The notes: generated by a model not told the origin, from the letters alone. A stretch of 64,000 bases of DNA from Entomortierella parvispora E1425 (GCA_020891255.1 BQFW01000003.1:124001-188000), one strand, 5' to 3'. Shown: positions 1 through 13,350, counted from the stretch's first letter. Numbers and translations are program-made.

Positions 1-833
1 AACATGGAAGGCTTGGTGAATAAGAATGAAATGTTTCAAGCAAGAAAAAAAAAAATACGAGGGCGCTGCGTTTTACTTACTCTGAAGGTTCCCCAGGTAT
101 AGACTTCGCCCTCCTCGGTAAGAGCGACGGTCAACGAGTCTGAGCAAGCGACCTTGAGAATCTTGACGTTATCCAAGCCCTCGACAGGGAGGGGAACATA
201 TTCATCGCCGGAACGTCCCAAAGTCTTTTGATCATTGACTCCCCAGGACCAGAGCTATCAGAAGAAGAAGAAAAACGTGTATCAGAGATTGCTCCTTTAT
301 AATGCTAGCATAACACCTTTCCCGCAACTTTTAAAAAAAAAAAAAGAGTCGCGGTTTTGTCATCTAATCTTACCTTTCCATCAACGGTGAGGGCCATGTT
401 GTGCATGCCTCCGGCAGCAATGTCGACAATGTGCTGATCGTTCAGGACCTCGAGATTGGCGGGCTTCTTGCGAATGATTTTGTCCTCTCCGAGACCCAAC
501 TGGGCACAATCTCCGGTGCCAAAGACATAGACATGACCCTCAGTGGTGTCGCGAGGAGCACGGGTGAGGTCGAGAGAAGAACCCAGGGACTTTGACTTTT
601 TGAGAGCAGGAGTGGATCCGGAAGAGGCAGTGCTGTTGCGAGCCCTCTTGTTGGTGGTAGTGGTGGTGGTGGTGGCTAGTGGATGAAGAGATTGACCATC
701 GGAGAGAGAAAAAAGTCAGTTGGGCGAGAGCCTTGAACGCGTGTGTTGTTGGGTCCAGATCAAGGGGGAGCGGTCCTGGGTGATGGAGTGGAGCGAGCTA
801 GCTGGGGGGGGGGGTTTGTTTACCTGGGGTCAT
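1..833 (-). CDS. RCC1: RCC1-family Ran guanine-nucleotide exchange factor (Prp20/Srm1/Pim1-like), 5' part; 3' end lies beyond the window start
   Basis: Spliced model: exons 833-824 (ATGACCCCAG), 675-374 and 254-81 joined by GT-AG introns in consistent phase. Translation MTPATTTTTTTNKRAR...GHVYVFGTGDCAQLGLG...IVDIAAGGMHNMALTVDGKLWSWGVNDQKTLGR...ILKVACSDSLTVALTEEGEVYTWG shows RCC1 repeats and a basic N-terminal tail. Confidence 0.9.
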
Positions 834-1057
834 GATCGACAGTTGGATGGGTGTTTGCGCAAAGAGAGGAAGGAGAGAAGCAAACGAAGAGCAATGACAA
901 TGACAACGACAATGACAAGCAAGACAAGGCAAGAAAAAGAAGAAGAAGAGAGATCTGCGTGGTGGCAGAGCGTGCAAAAAGAACGAGAACGAGAACGAAG
1001 CGAAGAGGGAGAGAAATGAGAAATGGGTGGCTTAGCCGCACCGTCTCTTTGGTGCGC

Positions 1058-1060
<3 letters not shown>

Positions 1061-1096
<36 letters not shown>
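1061..1096. repeat. (GT)18 microsatellite in the RCC1/SWI1 divergent intergenic region
   Basis: Perfect GT dinucleotide run seen directly. Confidence 0.95.
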
Positions 1097-1098
<2 letters not shown>

Positions 1099-1521
1099 GT
1101 CCACCCACACGCCCCTCCTCCTTCGAGTGAGCGAGTGAGTGAGAGAAAGAAAGAAAGAAGGCCTTCATCTACATCATCCATCCCCTTCCTGGGTTCTCTG
1201 TCTGTCTGTCACTCACTCACTGGACACCTCACCGTCATCTCATCATCGCACTTTGCTTCTTCTTTCCTCCTTCTTCTCTCCTTCTTTGCTCTGTCCCGTC
1301 CTTCCATCCGTGCGCCATCAAAGCGGATCTCGTTGATTCTGCAGCCGAGTGTGCCTCTTCTCCCTCCTCCTTTTCCTCTTTGTACATTTTCTCATTTGCT
1401 CTCTCCTGCTCTGTTTGCGGTCGGTGCCTCCCTCCCTCTCTCTCTTCTTTTTCACTTTTTGTTTTTTTGGTATCTTCCCTGTCTTCACTCCCTTCCCCCC
1501 CTATTCCTCTCCTTGTCAAAG

Positions 1522-1609
1522 GTACGAGCCTGCAGTTGCATTGACCGCAAATCAACCGAGCGATCCTGCGACCCTGACTGATTTGACCATTTTCCATCTC
1601 TCCTACCAG
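1522..1609 (+). other. Probable 5'-UTR intron of SWI1
   Basis: AG|GTACGA donor at 1522, CTGAC branch-like motifs, pyrimidine tract and CTACCAG acceptor at 1609, upstream of ATG 1736. Confidence 0.5.
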
Positions 1610-1735
1610 CCAATCTGACGCGGTTCTGACTCGGTCTCCCTTTGACAGGCAGGCAAATACAACCAGATAGGCCTTGTTCCCTGCTCATCCCCCCCTGACG
1701 ACGACGACGACGACGGCGACGTGCGTCCTCCCACA

Positions 1736-4700
1736 ATGTCGGAGACCCCCATCAATCCTGGTTCATTCAATCCACAACTCCAGTTTTCACCCACAAACAT
1801 GCTTGGTCGCGTTAATCGTAAGTGCTCACCCGGTCGTCCTTTTGGACTGACACTTACGCATAGCTCCTCTCCCCGTGCCTCGCACAAAGAAGGACAATTG
1901 CAAACTAACCATCGATTTTTGACATCTCGCGCCGTCCAATCTTTGTAGCCACATCTGTAAATGGTGCCAGTCCAGGGATGCCAATCAGGAATATGTATAC
2001 ACCCACAATGGCCAACACCATGCCCAACATGAGCGTACCTGGATCACAGAACGTAGGCATGGCTCAGCGACAAAACCTTGGTACACCCGGTGTAGGCAGC
2101 CCCTTCCCGACGTTTAACGGCAACGGTCCTGTCTTTGCCAACATGAACCTTCAGCAGCAGCAACAGCGTCAGTTCCAACACAATCAAATGTTGCAACAAC
2201 AGCAACAGCAACAGCAGCAGCAGCAACACCTGCAACTTCAACAACTCCAGCAACAGCAATTACAACAGCAACATCAGCAGCAGCACCAGCAACATGCTAC
2301 AATGATGAACAACTATCAGTTGCTACAACCCTCAGCAGATTCGCAAATGGGAGATAATGGATCGGGCGGTGGCCCTGGTGCTGTCGATGCAAAGTCGTCC
2401 CTTTCCTCTACGCAGCCTCCCTCCAGCGACATGAACGACGATCTCTTTGGACTGGATTCTTTTGTAGATTTTACAGAAATGGGCCCTGCAACCTCGACTG
2501 CAACCTCTGGAAAGACTGATGGTGGCGCGACTGCTGACGGAAGTAACTCTAGTCCAGGTGGCGCCACCAACATGAACAGTGGAATCGGCAACGACAATAA
2601 TAGCGTCAAGATCGGCACTGGCAATACCAACGATGGTTCGAGCCCGGCGCTCAATACCAGCACAGCCACCACCATGGCCGTCACACCCGGCATCATTGGG
2701 GGCCTGAACAATAACAATAATAACGCTCTGAACCCGAATGGCAGGAACCCATCACAGGCTGGAGCTGGTTTTAACAGCCCTTTAGGATTCCAACAACAAC
2801 AACCACAGCAGCAACAGCAGCAACCCATGAACCCTCAGGGCATGTCCATGTTCCCAGGCCAACAGCAATTGCAGCAGCAGATGCAGCAGGGGCAGCAGGG
2901 CATGATGAACAATCTGCAACGCCAACAGTTGCAACAACATCTTCAGCAACAGCAACAGCAAAATGCCCAAGCTCGGAATGGCATCAACCTTTTGGCCCAA
3001 AACTCTCCTCAAATGATGATGCAGCCTCAGCAGCAGCCACAGCAGTTGCAACCCCAGCAGCAGCAACAACAGCCCCAACAGCCGCAACAGCAAATGCCAA
3101 ACGGAATGCCGGGGATGATGCCAGGAATGCAGGGTATGCCAGGAATGCCTGGAATGCCATTCATGAGCGTGGAGATGCGCCAGCAGCTGAATCTCATGCA
3201 GCAAGCCAGTCGTCAGCGATACATTAGCACGATAGAGGAGCTTTCACGGCGGCAACAACATGCTCTCAGTGGTGCGAATGGAGACCCGACCCTCATTGCC
3301 AATATCAATGAACAATTTGAGAACATGAAAAAGCAGGCCACGAACCAACATCAGTTCCAAAATCAACAGTTGTTGAGAAATTTCCAACAGCAAGTGATGC
3401 AACAACAAGGAATGAACCAAGGTCCAAAGGTAACCCCAGGCAGCAACACCGGCAACGCTATGCTGAGTCCCATGCTGCAACAACAGCAAAAGCAGATGCT
3501 GAACCAACAGTCTCTTGCCAACCCCCAGGGCATGTTCGGCTCCCCAATGTTTAATCCGCAGCAGCAAGGTCAAAAGCAACAGATGCCGATGCACCTTCAA
3601 GGACAAGCACTACAAGGTGTGCAGCAGCAGCAGATGCTTCAACAACAGCTTCAGCAGCAGCAGCAACAGCAGCATCAGCAACAGCAGCAGCCTCAACAGC
3701 AACAACAGCAACTCGGGCAACAGCAGCAGCTTCAGCAACAGCTTCAGGCTATGAATGGTGGTCCTGGACCCCACATGCCCCTTGGAGTGACAACTACGAC
3801 AGCAAAGGCAAGAAAGGCGCAAGGATCGCAGCCGTCTTCGGCTCAGTCCTCTCCTTCTCCTGCGAACGCCAGTCTACCAGTCAACCATAATGTGACGCCA
3901 AACCTCAACATTGACTACACCACGATCACTGGCGACGAATTCGAAGAGCAGCTTCGAGAATTCATGAAGGCGAGAAACACACCTCTGCCCACAAAGATCC
4001 CAAGCATGGGAAGCAAAAAGATCAACCTGCTCCTGTTGTTCCGGATCTCAATGTCGATGGGGGGCATGGAAAGTGTAAGTGCATACTGCTATTGCTCTAG
4101 AACATGGGCGAATGGACCTTCTAGAGCCTATTGAGTCTAATATTGAGTCTAATCACACACACCGTCGTTTTCCTGCTTTTGTAGGTCTCGAAGCAAAAGG
4201 CATGGAAGAGCATCTCGAGCCAATTGGATATCCCTGACACTCTTGCCACAGCAGCTCAGACTCTCCGAAAACACTACTCTCTTTTGCTCCATCCCTTCGA
4301 GGAGGCGGTCATGAACGCAAAGAACTTGGGCATGACCGTGCACCCATCCCTCGGCGCTGTGCCAGTCATCCCAACGCCGGAGCCTGAGGTTCAAGGTTGG
4401 TTATTTTTCTAGATTCTAGGTTCCTTGCCCAGAGAAATGTTCTCTATGGATACTAACCCTATTGCCTTTTCACATAGTCCCATCTGCCGGAACACCACAG
4501 ACACAGCAAGCAACGCTGGGAGTGCCAGGGTCTCATTCAATGCTCCACCCGCAGCAGCCTGGGTTCCTTGCCAATCCAATGCAGATTCAACAGCATCAAC
4601 TTCAGCAGCAGCAGATGCAGCAGCAGATGCAGCAACATCAGCAGCTTCAGTTCTATCAGCAACTTCAGCAACAACAGCAGCAGCAACAACAGTTGCAACA

Positions 4701-7404
4701 GCAACAGCAACAACATCAGCATCAACTCTTGAACCAGCAACAGGCTCAATCGATACCAATGTCGATGCCAGTGTCAATGCCAATGTCAATGCCAATGTCG
4801 ATGCAGCAGGCAGGACGTGCTGTGACTTCTGGAGCCCCCAACTCTGGAACTACTCCTAATTCTGCAGCTCGGTTTTCGCCCTACCCAACTGCTATTTTGA
4901 TGAAACAGGCTCAAGCCCAAGCCCTGGCCGCTCAAGCCCAGGCTGGAGGTCAGAACGCAACTCCTGGCGTGTCTTCCACAGATACTTCAACATTGATCTC
5001 TGCAACTCCTGAGCAACCTGAACAATCATCAGATAAGGCTCAAGACAAGCCGAGTGGAGAGTCACCGATGACAGCAACGAGCGAGGGTGGATCTAAAGAT
5101 CCCAGTTTACAACCAACGCCAGATGTATCTGCAGCACCTCAGACTGCCGTTACTACAGAGGCTCCGGCGGCTCAGGGCGGAATTAGCAGTGAATCGAATG
5201 ACCAAGTACCGACCACATCTGCAGCTACAATCACAAGTGCGCCTTCAACCACTGTAGCAGTGACGGCATCCGCACAACCCGTCGCCACCTCTGCCCCAGA
5301 GACAAGCAGTGCCGTTACAGCAGCCGCTATTCCAGCAGCGACTACTGCAAATGGTGCAGTCAAAGGTCTTGGTGTTTCCGTGGCACCTGTACCAGCCTCG
5401 CCTAGCGGGCCGGAGTCTACACTAGGATTTGCTCAAGCAATGATGGCTGTTCCAGTCCCCGTTATTACTTTGCCACCCTCCTTGCCGCACGCACATCATC
5501 CACCTCAACCACAGCCTTCGCAAGACCCTTCAAGTAAGCTTCCACAAGGGGCTACGGAAACCGCTGTGAAAACGACTACAGAGCCTGCTGAGGAGCCAGC
5601 TCCGTCAGAGCCATTACCACCCATGGAGGTCATTTACCACCCTATCACGAGGACAGATGACACTTATGGAGGTATTGACATTATGGCTGTTGAAAAATTC
5701 AACATGCCTCGCTTGATTCAAAGAGAATATCTAGGTAAGACTTTTTAGCTGTGCTTCCGGCGCTCATGGGAAAGAATCCAGTTGCGTTTGAGACTCATCT
5801 TTTACCTTTGTCCTCTTTTAGGCACTGTTGACATCCACGCCTTGATCATGTCACTAAAGTCAGGAATGAAGTTTGAGATTACGAACGCGCTCAATACTCT
5901 ATCCGTTGTCACGAAGCTCGAGAACGAAAATATCGTCTTGGGACATTGTCCAGAGCTTTTGGATATCTTGCTGGACCTTACTGCAGAGACGATCGAAGCC
6001 TGGAACCTGACAGACAACTTTGGAGCAACTACCGCTGCCGCCACCACCACCACAGATTCCCTGAGCGGTTCTGAAGCTGACCACAGTGTTCTTGATCGAC
6101 GGTCACCACAAAAGGAACCAAACCATCCGTTCCTCCACCGTGACAAGTTTGACACGTATCAAGAACTGTTTGAGGCCAGCGTCGACGAAGCCTGTAATTT
6201 AATGGAGCTTCGAGGATCTTCTGGATCATCGGTGGTCGGCGCCGCTACCACTGGCGATTCGACTGACATGGACGTTGAATCGGAAGACGAGCCAATGACG
6301 ACTAGAGCAGCCACTCGGTCACTGACTTATAGCGAATGGTCGTCTACCAAAGATCGATTCCTGGCCTTGTCCAACATCCTCCGCAATTTGTCTTTCTTGC
6401 CTACAAACTACGATTTCCTGGCGCGGTATCCTCGTTTCCTCCGAATTTTGAAGAGCACCATCCTGGCCTTCCAGATGAAGGGGCTCTTGTTGGAGAGGTC
6501 TGTAGAGGTGGAGAAGGATCAGACTGACATTGTGGTCGACATGGATGAAGTGTGTAGTCAAGAGTTATCCGAGACATCTTTGAGGATAGATATTGACGCC
6601 CATCCTCAACCAGTATCCAAGAGCAGTACCATCCAGTGGCTCCCATCAACGGGAGCACTGACGATATTGGAGCACCGCAAGGATGTATTGACGATATTGG
6701 CCAACTTGTCTGGATACTTGGTCCTGCCAGATTCCGACACTGCGGAATGGATTATGATGCTGTTGTTGGATTTCATGCAGACGCGCGATACCTACTACTC
6801 TAGTCTCGCATTGGAAGCCATCGCCAAGCTCGGAATTAGCCATGACAACCGGCTACTTCTTGCAAGTGTGGACAAGGAGCTCAGGAAGGCGTCAAGGAAA
6901 GGCAGCTTGGGCTCAAGTACACCAAAGTCAAACCTTTCCAAGTCTTGTTCAGCAACCACACAGTCATCTGAATCTATGGAAAAATGGGAGACGGGAGGAT
7001 TCCTGTTGCCAATCTTTGAATGCTTGTCGTCCATGCTGTCCCAAGCTTTGATCCAGGTGACGGAGGCCATGTCGGCGGCCGTGATCATCCCCCACTCTGC
7101 GCAGGCGCACCTGGAGACGTTGATCCTGGCAACCTTTAACCTGGTCGCAATGTCGGATAGCGGGTTCCGGAGGTATATGGTTTCGCGGCCAGGTTTTGTG
7201 GGAAGCATGCTGAGGTTGAGCGTTCTTTTGGCGGACGAGCGGCAGCAGTACACTTCTGTGAGCATGCGCACGGCCGAGACAGTCCGGGTGATCTCCAAGG
7301 ACAATGAGGATCTGTTGGTCCAGTACACCGAGATGATTGCCAAGGCGGCGATGCAACCTCATATTCATCCAAAAGTCGTGGACGATTTGATGTGTGTGCT
7401 CTAA
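1736..7404 (+). CDS. SWI1: SWI/SNF subunit SWI1/ARID1 (Q-rich N-terminus, ARID domain, BAF250_C-like C-terminus)
   Basis: Exons 1736-1817, 1949-4074, 4185-4395, 4478-5734, 5822-7404, phases consistent. ARID motifs FEEQLREFMKARNTPL..KIPSMGSKKINLLLLFRISMSMGGMESVSKQKAWKSISSQL..AAQTLRKHYSLLLHPFEE; C-terminal GTVDIHALIMSLKSGMKFEITNALNTL. Confidence 0.92.
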
Positions 7405-7885
7405 AAAAAAAAAGAGAAGAGATTGTTTTGTTTGGTTCATGGTCATCCTTTCTTGACATAGTCCTTTTTTTTTTCTTTTTGCTTTCTCGTTCTCACTCTT
7501 TTTTTTTTAATTTTGGCAAGCGGTTCTTCCACATAGTGCTTTCTTCAAATACCATTATCCCATGCCCAAACACACCCTTTCCCTTTCTATTCTTCCTTTT
7601 TTTTTCTTTTGTCATTATTGTCCTCTCCCCCCTTTTTTTCTTTTTGCCTTTTAAACACAAAAAATACAAGTCAAGTGTATCTCAAAAGCTTTTCTGGGTC
7701 GCGTCCATCTGGACCCAAAACGCGCTTTTTGGTGGCAAAAAAATTGAATGTTTTTTTTAGGTTTGCATTGAATCAGGAATCACATGATCTCTCATCCTTC
7801 TCCCATTTCGTCTCCTCATCTCTTCTCCTCATCTCTTCCTATCAAAAACACCTTCAGGAAAAAAAAAAAAAAAAAAAAAAAAAAA

Positions 7886-8632
7886 ATGACGACAGAGCTG
7901 ATTCTCTATCTTGAGCCAAGTGCTCAGTCGACGCTGTGGACTCAGACCCAATCATTCTTCCAGGCGAGTCAGTCTCAAGCCTTCGCCAGCAACGAAGCCC
8001 TCCGCTACCCAGTCCATTGCACCATGCTCGGTTTCTTCAACAAGCCCTTGCCCTCGCCACAGTCGCCTTCAGGGGTAGAGTCCCTGGTAGACTACCTAGA
8101 CGGATCCATTGCCAAGATTAGACACCAACTCTCCCAACAACCCTTCCTTCCAGGACCTCAACAGCAACAGCAACAGCAGCAACCTCAACACAAACCCCCA
8201 GTTCTGATCCAGGGGTTGGTCCGCCCTCACCCCGAGGCCCTTTTGATCGCCTTGCTTCCCTCGGATGAGCTCTTGGCCTTGGTCTCGTCCTTGACTGCTC
8301 AGTTCCCAGAACTGGGCATTCGCCCCAAACGCACCAACCACCTCTCGCTTTGCTATTGGGACGAATCTGAAATGGTCCGAAAAGGAGCCATGTCGGATCT
8401 GGAAATGAAGCAGCGCCAGCTATGGACTGATCACGCGCTGGCCCTGGCCAGAGAGACCCTTCCCATGCTTGGCTCCAGTCCAGTCTCTCGCCTCCTTTTG
8501 GAACCACCTCAACAGCCCACACAGTACTTTTTGAACGAGTCTTGGGATATCGTTCTCTACGAGATCCAGGGTCGCGACAAATCAAATGATCTGCCCTATC
8601 CATTCCATGAACTCAGGAGGTGGACCTTGTAA
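7886..8632 (+). CDS. Stand-alone 2H phosphoesterase-fold protein (UBASH3/STS-type 2H domain), 248 aa, intronless
   Basis: MTTELILYLEP...SNEALRYPVHCTMLGFF (HxT) and RTNHLSLCY (HxS) are the paired 2H motifs; N-terminus resembles the UBASH3 2H domain pattern YxLYLxP...PHxTL..FF. ATG at 7886 follows an A-run. Confidence 0.75.
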   Translation: MTTELILYLEPSAQSTLWTQTQSFFQASQSQAFASNEALRYPVHCTMLGFFNKPLPSPQSPSGVESLVDYLDGSIAKIRHQLSQQPFLPGPQQQQQQQQPQHKPPVLIQGLVRPHPEALLIALLPSDELLALVSSLTAQFPELGIRPKRTNHLSLCYWDESEMVRKGAMSDLEMKQRQLWTDHALALARETLPMLGSSPVSRLLLEPPQQPTQYFLNESWDIVLYEIQGRDKSNDLPYPFHELRRWTL

Positions 8633-8677
8633 AAGCAAAAATAAAAAAAAGCAGAACAATTATGACCAATTTTTTTT

Positions 8678-11600
8678 TTAATCTTGGTTATCTCCAGGGT
8701 TCTCGGGCTCTCTCTTCAGGTTCCCGCTCAACCACTTCTCTCTAAAGTCTGCATTGCTTTTGGGTGCTGGCGCAGAGGTCCCTGAACCTGCCGACGCGTC
8801 CGATGAAGTCGATACTGTCGTGGAAGCTCCAGCTAGGACGGCAGAATGGCCTAGGAAAGCAGGCCGAGGTGGGCGTCCGCCTCTGCTGGCCATTGGCTTC
8901 TTGGCGACGTGTCTAGGTGCCATCGACATTAGAGTCGCTTTGACCACGGGTTTCTCGCTCTTGGGCTTGGCGGTAGCTTTGGAGGAATCTGACGTGGAGA
9001 CTTGGGGGGCCTCTGTGGCATCAGAAACAGTGCCAGTCGAGGGCGGTGGGGGAGGAGGCATGGCAGAGCTCGAAGATGATAACGATGCATGACCATGGCC
9101 TTCTGTCGACTTTTCTTCCTGACCGGTCCGAGCGGCAACCCTCTGTGCATGCTTGTCTTCTCTCCTAGACGCTCTGTTTTTCTTCTCCTGCATATGAAAT
9201 TCGCGTCTCGTCACCAAGAGGTTCTGTCCATAATATTCATGACCGTTCAAAGCCAATGCAGTTGTGGCATCCTCCTACATTGATGTATAAATACGAAAAA
9301 TCAAAAACGCGTGAGTCTACAGTTCACATACTCCAACTTGCCGCCCTCAAAGCTCATTGACCTTACCTCAGATGCAAACTTGACATTCGCCCACGCCTCA
9401 CCTTCGCTGGCGGGGACTCTTTGGATGAAAACATCGATAGGCTCGGCATACTAAGGCAAGGAGAGTAAAATAGATGGTCAAAAACAATAGAAGCAAAATA
9501 TGGTCATTTTTTGGATTCAAGAAAAAAAAAAAGGCGCCATCCTTACCAATGAAAACAATTTTTTCAGCTCTGACTCCTTCATCTCATTCGGAAACTTCTT
9601 GACGTGAAGTTCGTGCAGACTCACAGTTGGCTTGGGTGCAGGGCCGTCATGGCGCTTCGCAAGGCTCGTGTCCGAGATTTTAACAATCAGTCCTCTTCGC
9701 TGACCCATGTCATGTCCATCTAGCTCCAGGGCTGCATGAGCTTCCTCCTAAAAAGGTTTGTGCAGGATACATAGAAACAGGCAATGAGATTATGACAACA
9801 AGAAGAACATGCACAGCAATAATCACAAGCACAAACGATTCATATCACCTACCGATGTCGTAAATTGAACATAGGCGATTGTGCGGAACTTTCCACCAAG
9901 ATTGCATCGCTCAATGGTTCCATACTATTAATGTAAAGTAAAAAAAAGAGATCCTTTCGTCAGTTGAACATGAACATGAATAAACTTGATCCAGCAAAGA
10001 CTCGACCTCTATTCTTCCTCCGTACCTTTGCAAACATAGCTTTGAGTTGTTTATCTGTAGTTCCCGCAGGAAAGTTGGTCACGAAACATGTATTTTCATG
10101 GCGTCCACGACTGATGGTCATCCTAAGCCTGAATGTTGGAATATGGAGTATGCAGGGTTAGTACTCTGCCCAAATCAAAAGACAAATAAATAATGCAAAG
10201 AATCTAGGCCTTAAATGTTACTTTTTCTGGTCTGGGGATTCCGTGGGCTGGGCAGTGGAATCGTCTAAAGCCTTTTCCGGGATCTTGTCTTCCTTGTGAG
10301 TCAATGGAGGCTCGATGTGAGTCTCGGTAGGAGTCTCGAGAGGGGTCTCTTCGATTTTTGCACTCTTTGATACGCGAGAATCCTCGGCTGCTGAACCCTT
10401 CCTCTTCTTCTAAAAGGCATTGGGGGCAGTGACATTAGACATAAATCATCCCTAGATCGAGGGATAAAAATAAAACGTAATCCGCCTATTGTTACCTTGT
10501 CAGAGGTGGCCGCTTTCTCGACTTCGACCTCCGGCGCTGCAGTACTGGCAGCAGCAGCAGCAGCTGAAGGATCATAATACGCGTGTTGTTCGAGCGCTGC
10601 TTTGGAACGGTTTGCCTCGACTCCTCTCATTGCTGTTCGGCATTTCGTCAAGGCATCCTTATACTCGTGAACATCTCCATGAGCTCGTTCGAATGCAAGC
10701 CACGCTTCATGCACCCTTTCAGGCCAGTCCAAATAGTTTGAGGCCTGGCAGCCACGACCGAATACCACTCTTGCTCCTTTGATATTTCCGACACGTCTAG
10801 TGAATCAATCAAGAACCAGACAGTCTGATTAACATGCATGATCATCTTTGGCCGAAATTTCATGCCTTGCATTAGAGCAAGTAAAAAAAAAATTGGGCAT
10901 ACTTTTCAAATTCTGCGAATCCGATCCAATTCTCTGACAGTGTTTTTTGGCCTGTAACGATAGATTCCCATAATCCGCGCGCCTTCCTGTGATCTCCGAG
11001 AGCGCCCGCCTCCAGATCAATCCATAGTCGTTCCAGTTTGTAGTACGGATCCCCGCCCGCTAAAGCAATTGGATCATAGGGTTAATATTTCAAGTCAAAG
11101 AAGCAGTCGATGCTCGTTCCTCACTCAATGCGCCCGCGTTGACCGGTGTACCTGTCTGTACTGTCGTAATGGACTGCTTGAAACACTCTCTAACGCGTGC
11201 ATGTCCCTCTAATATGGAGCAGCAAAAAGGTCTGTGAGTACTGTTGTATATCATTTATCGTAGGATACAATCCATGGGATCAGATGGCGCACCTTCATCT
11301 CTTGCTGTTTTCCTGAAAATGTACACACTTTTGGCAAGAAGAACTTTGACTAGTTCTGTTGGGCTGGCGAAGAGGCTCGCATCGGCTGCCGCTTTGTTCA
11401 CAAGATCTATCATTTAAAAGCATTAACAATCGGGGTGAGATCTTGAGTTTACTGTATGTCTCCCTATTGCTGCTGACGGCATGACACTTACCCTCTACAT
11501 CAGAAAGAGGTCGAGAGTACATCTCCTATATTGTCAAAATGAAGCGCATACACATCAGTCATGTCCCATTTCTCTGCAATCCGCACACAATTCTTACATC

Positions 11601-13253
11601 AAACAAGGTTATTCATACCAAGAACAAAATTCGGCTTTCCCACAGATCACCACTCCATGGACAATTCCTATGCGAACGTTCCGCAACGCTCAGGATTTCG
11701 GTTGGGTTCAGGTCAATATCTTTGTTTGCGAACCCCTATGAGAAGAAAATAATTCCTAAGATTAGGAACTACAGCTCAGCACTGCAAAACCCCTCTGGAT
11801 CCAATTGACTTACCGGAGACATCAAAAATGAAAGGTAGTCGCTCCATACGTTGGGTACCAAGCAGTGGACCGCCAGCGCCCTCTCAAATAAGGTCCGGAT
11901 GCGTCCATATGATCTTGGTGGCGATTTGGAAGATTGCAGCCTCTCATATTCCAGATATGCCACGAACGCCTCAAGGCTATTCCCAGTGGAGATCTTGAAA
12001 GTAACCATTATTGTTAGTCTTACGGTCAGATAGATCCCAAAAGAACCCTCTCGAAGAGTCAAGCACAGCCTTACCAACTGATCTTCAAAATCCGACAGCC
12101 TTCTGAGTATCCCGCGCGCCTTACTTGCTTTCTCACTGCTATGAGCCATAGTGCTTTCGTACTCACTGTTCGCGTATTTGGTCATAAACGACGACAAATT
12201 CGAGAGAGTACCATCGATGTCGTTATGAGGGACAGTGAGGCGTTCCTGAAAGCTATTCTTCAGCTTGTTGATGTGGTCCGATCTATGGAAGCACCAATAA
12301 CATCTGTCAGCTTAAACTCTCTCTCGATCCACATGAACAATGTATGCTGAACTGACACTTACGATGGCGAATCCTAGTGTAGAAACGGCGTGAAGAGCAA
12401 TGCGGCAGTCAGTCAGTACTGGTTTGAGAATAGGCATATCGACCGTGAAAGGCACATGGTCCAGCATCTTACCTGCGACTCCAATAGTTGGAGCTCAAAG
12501 TCCATCCATGCGTTCCAGATCGTGTGGCTCTCTGGAATATGATACTCTGTAAATTTGATGGCGCGATAGCAGATGGTCCTGACCTCATCTTCGGTAATAA
12601 CTGGTTCTTCGTCGGGATCCTCCATTGATTCCATGTGCTCTTCGATCGCGTAATCCACATATGACTTCCAAATGGTGATTGCTGTAGTGCAGGGGTTCAA
12701 GAGTTTAAAAAAGGGTGTTTGAGGTGAGTTGGGAGGCACAGACGATAAACTCTTCTCAGTAATATCCCAAACTTAACGTACAGAGATAGTCCGCTGTAGC
12801 CTTCTCATAGAGTTCCAGGACTTGCTTCTTTTCTTCCTCTGAGATTGCAAGGCTGACTTCGTCCTTGATCCAGTCCAACCAAAGTCCTAATGGTGAGAGG
12901 AAAAAATATGAAGGATAAACAGTTGGTCGGGTGATCCAGCACGTAATACGCGATCTGTGGGATATGGCATTACCTTCTGCGAGAGGAAAGGACTTGCTCA
13001 TAGACTTTCGTGCATTCCTCAGTTCATCCAGCATGTCAGAGTCCTTCAGGAGAGTGATCAGCTGAATGTGTTGCTCGTACTGATTGGGATGCTGTTCCAG
13101 AGAGGTCTTCAAGGCGGTAATTGCCGTCATGGCTTCAGCCCCTGGTCCAGACACATTGTCCATGTCCACGTCATTGAACGAGTCGTCCATGTCGTCGTGC
13201 GAGTCCAAGTGCACGTCTTTGCTGCTATCGGGAGGTGAGTCTGTCGATGCCAT
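8678..13253 (-). CDS. PRP24: U4/U6 recycling factor PRP24/SART3 (HAT repeats, RRMs, C-terminal LSm-binding motif)
   Basis: About 17 exons traced with GT-AG junctions from ATG 13253 (MASTDSPPD). HAT repeats (LWLDWIKDE; RIRTLFERALAVHCLVPNVWSDYL; ERSHRNCPWSGDLW), RRMs (TCFVTNFP; IAYVQF) and terminal SNADFREKWL. Confidence 0.92.
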
Positions 13254-13342
13254 GTGATCCTGAGAAACAAGAGAAAGGAAAGGATCCAATGACGCGCGCG
13301 CTTGGGGCGCTGCATTAATGCATTTCTGATTCCACAGTAATA

Positions 13343-13350
13343 TCACGTGA
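13343..13350. promoter_or_regulatory. TCACGTGA E-box (bHLH/Cbf1-type site) upstream of PRP24
   Basis: Palindromic TCACGTGA 90 nt upstream of the PRP24 ATG. Confidence 0.45.

Noticed and set aside
720-1620. Several 90-170 aa ORFs
   Set aside because: Derived from GT/GA/CT simple repeats in the divergent promoter and UTR.
2044-4795. Poly-Leu minus-strand ORFs
   Set aside because: Antisense of the CAG/CAA polyQ tracts of SWI1.
7859-7886. 28-nt A-run abutting the 2H gene ATG as a retroposition mark
   Set aside because: It is on the 5' side, and long A/T homopolymers are common throughout the window.
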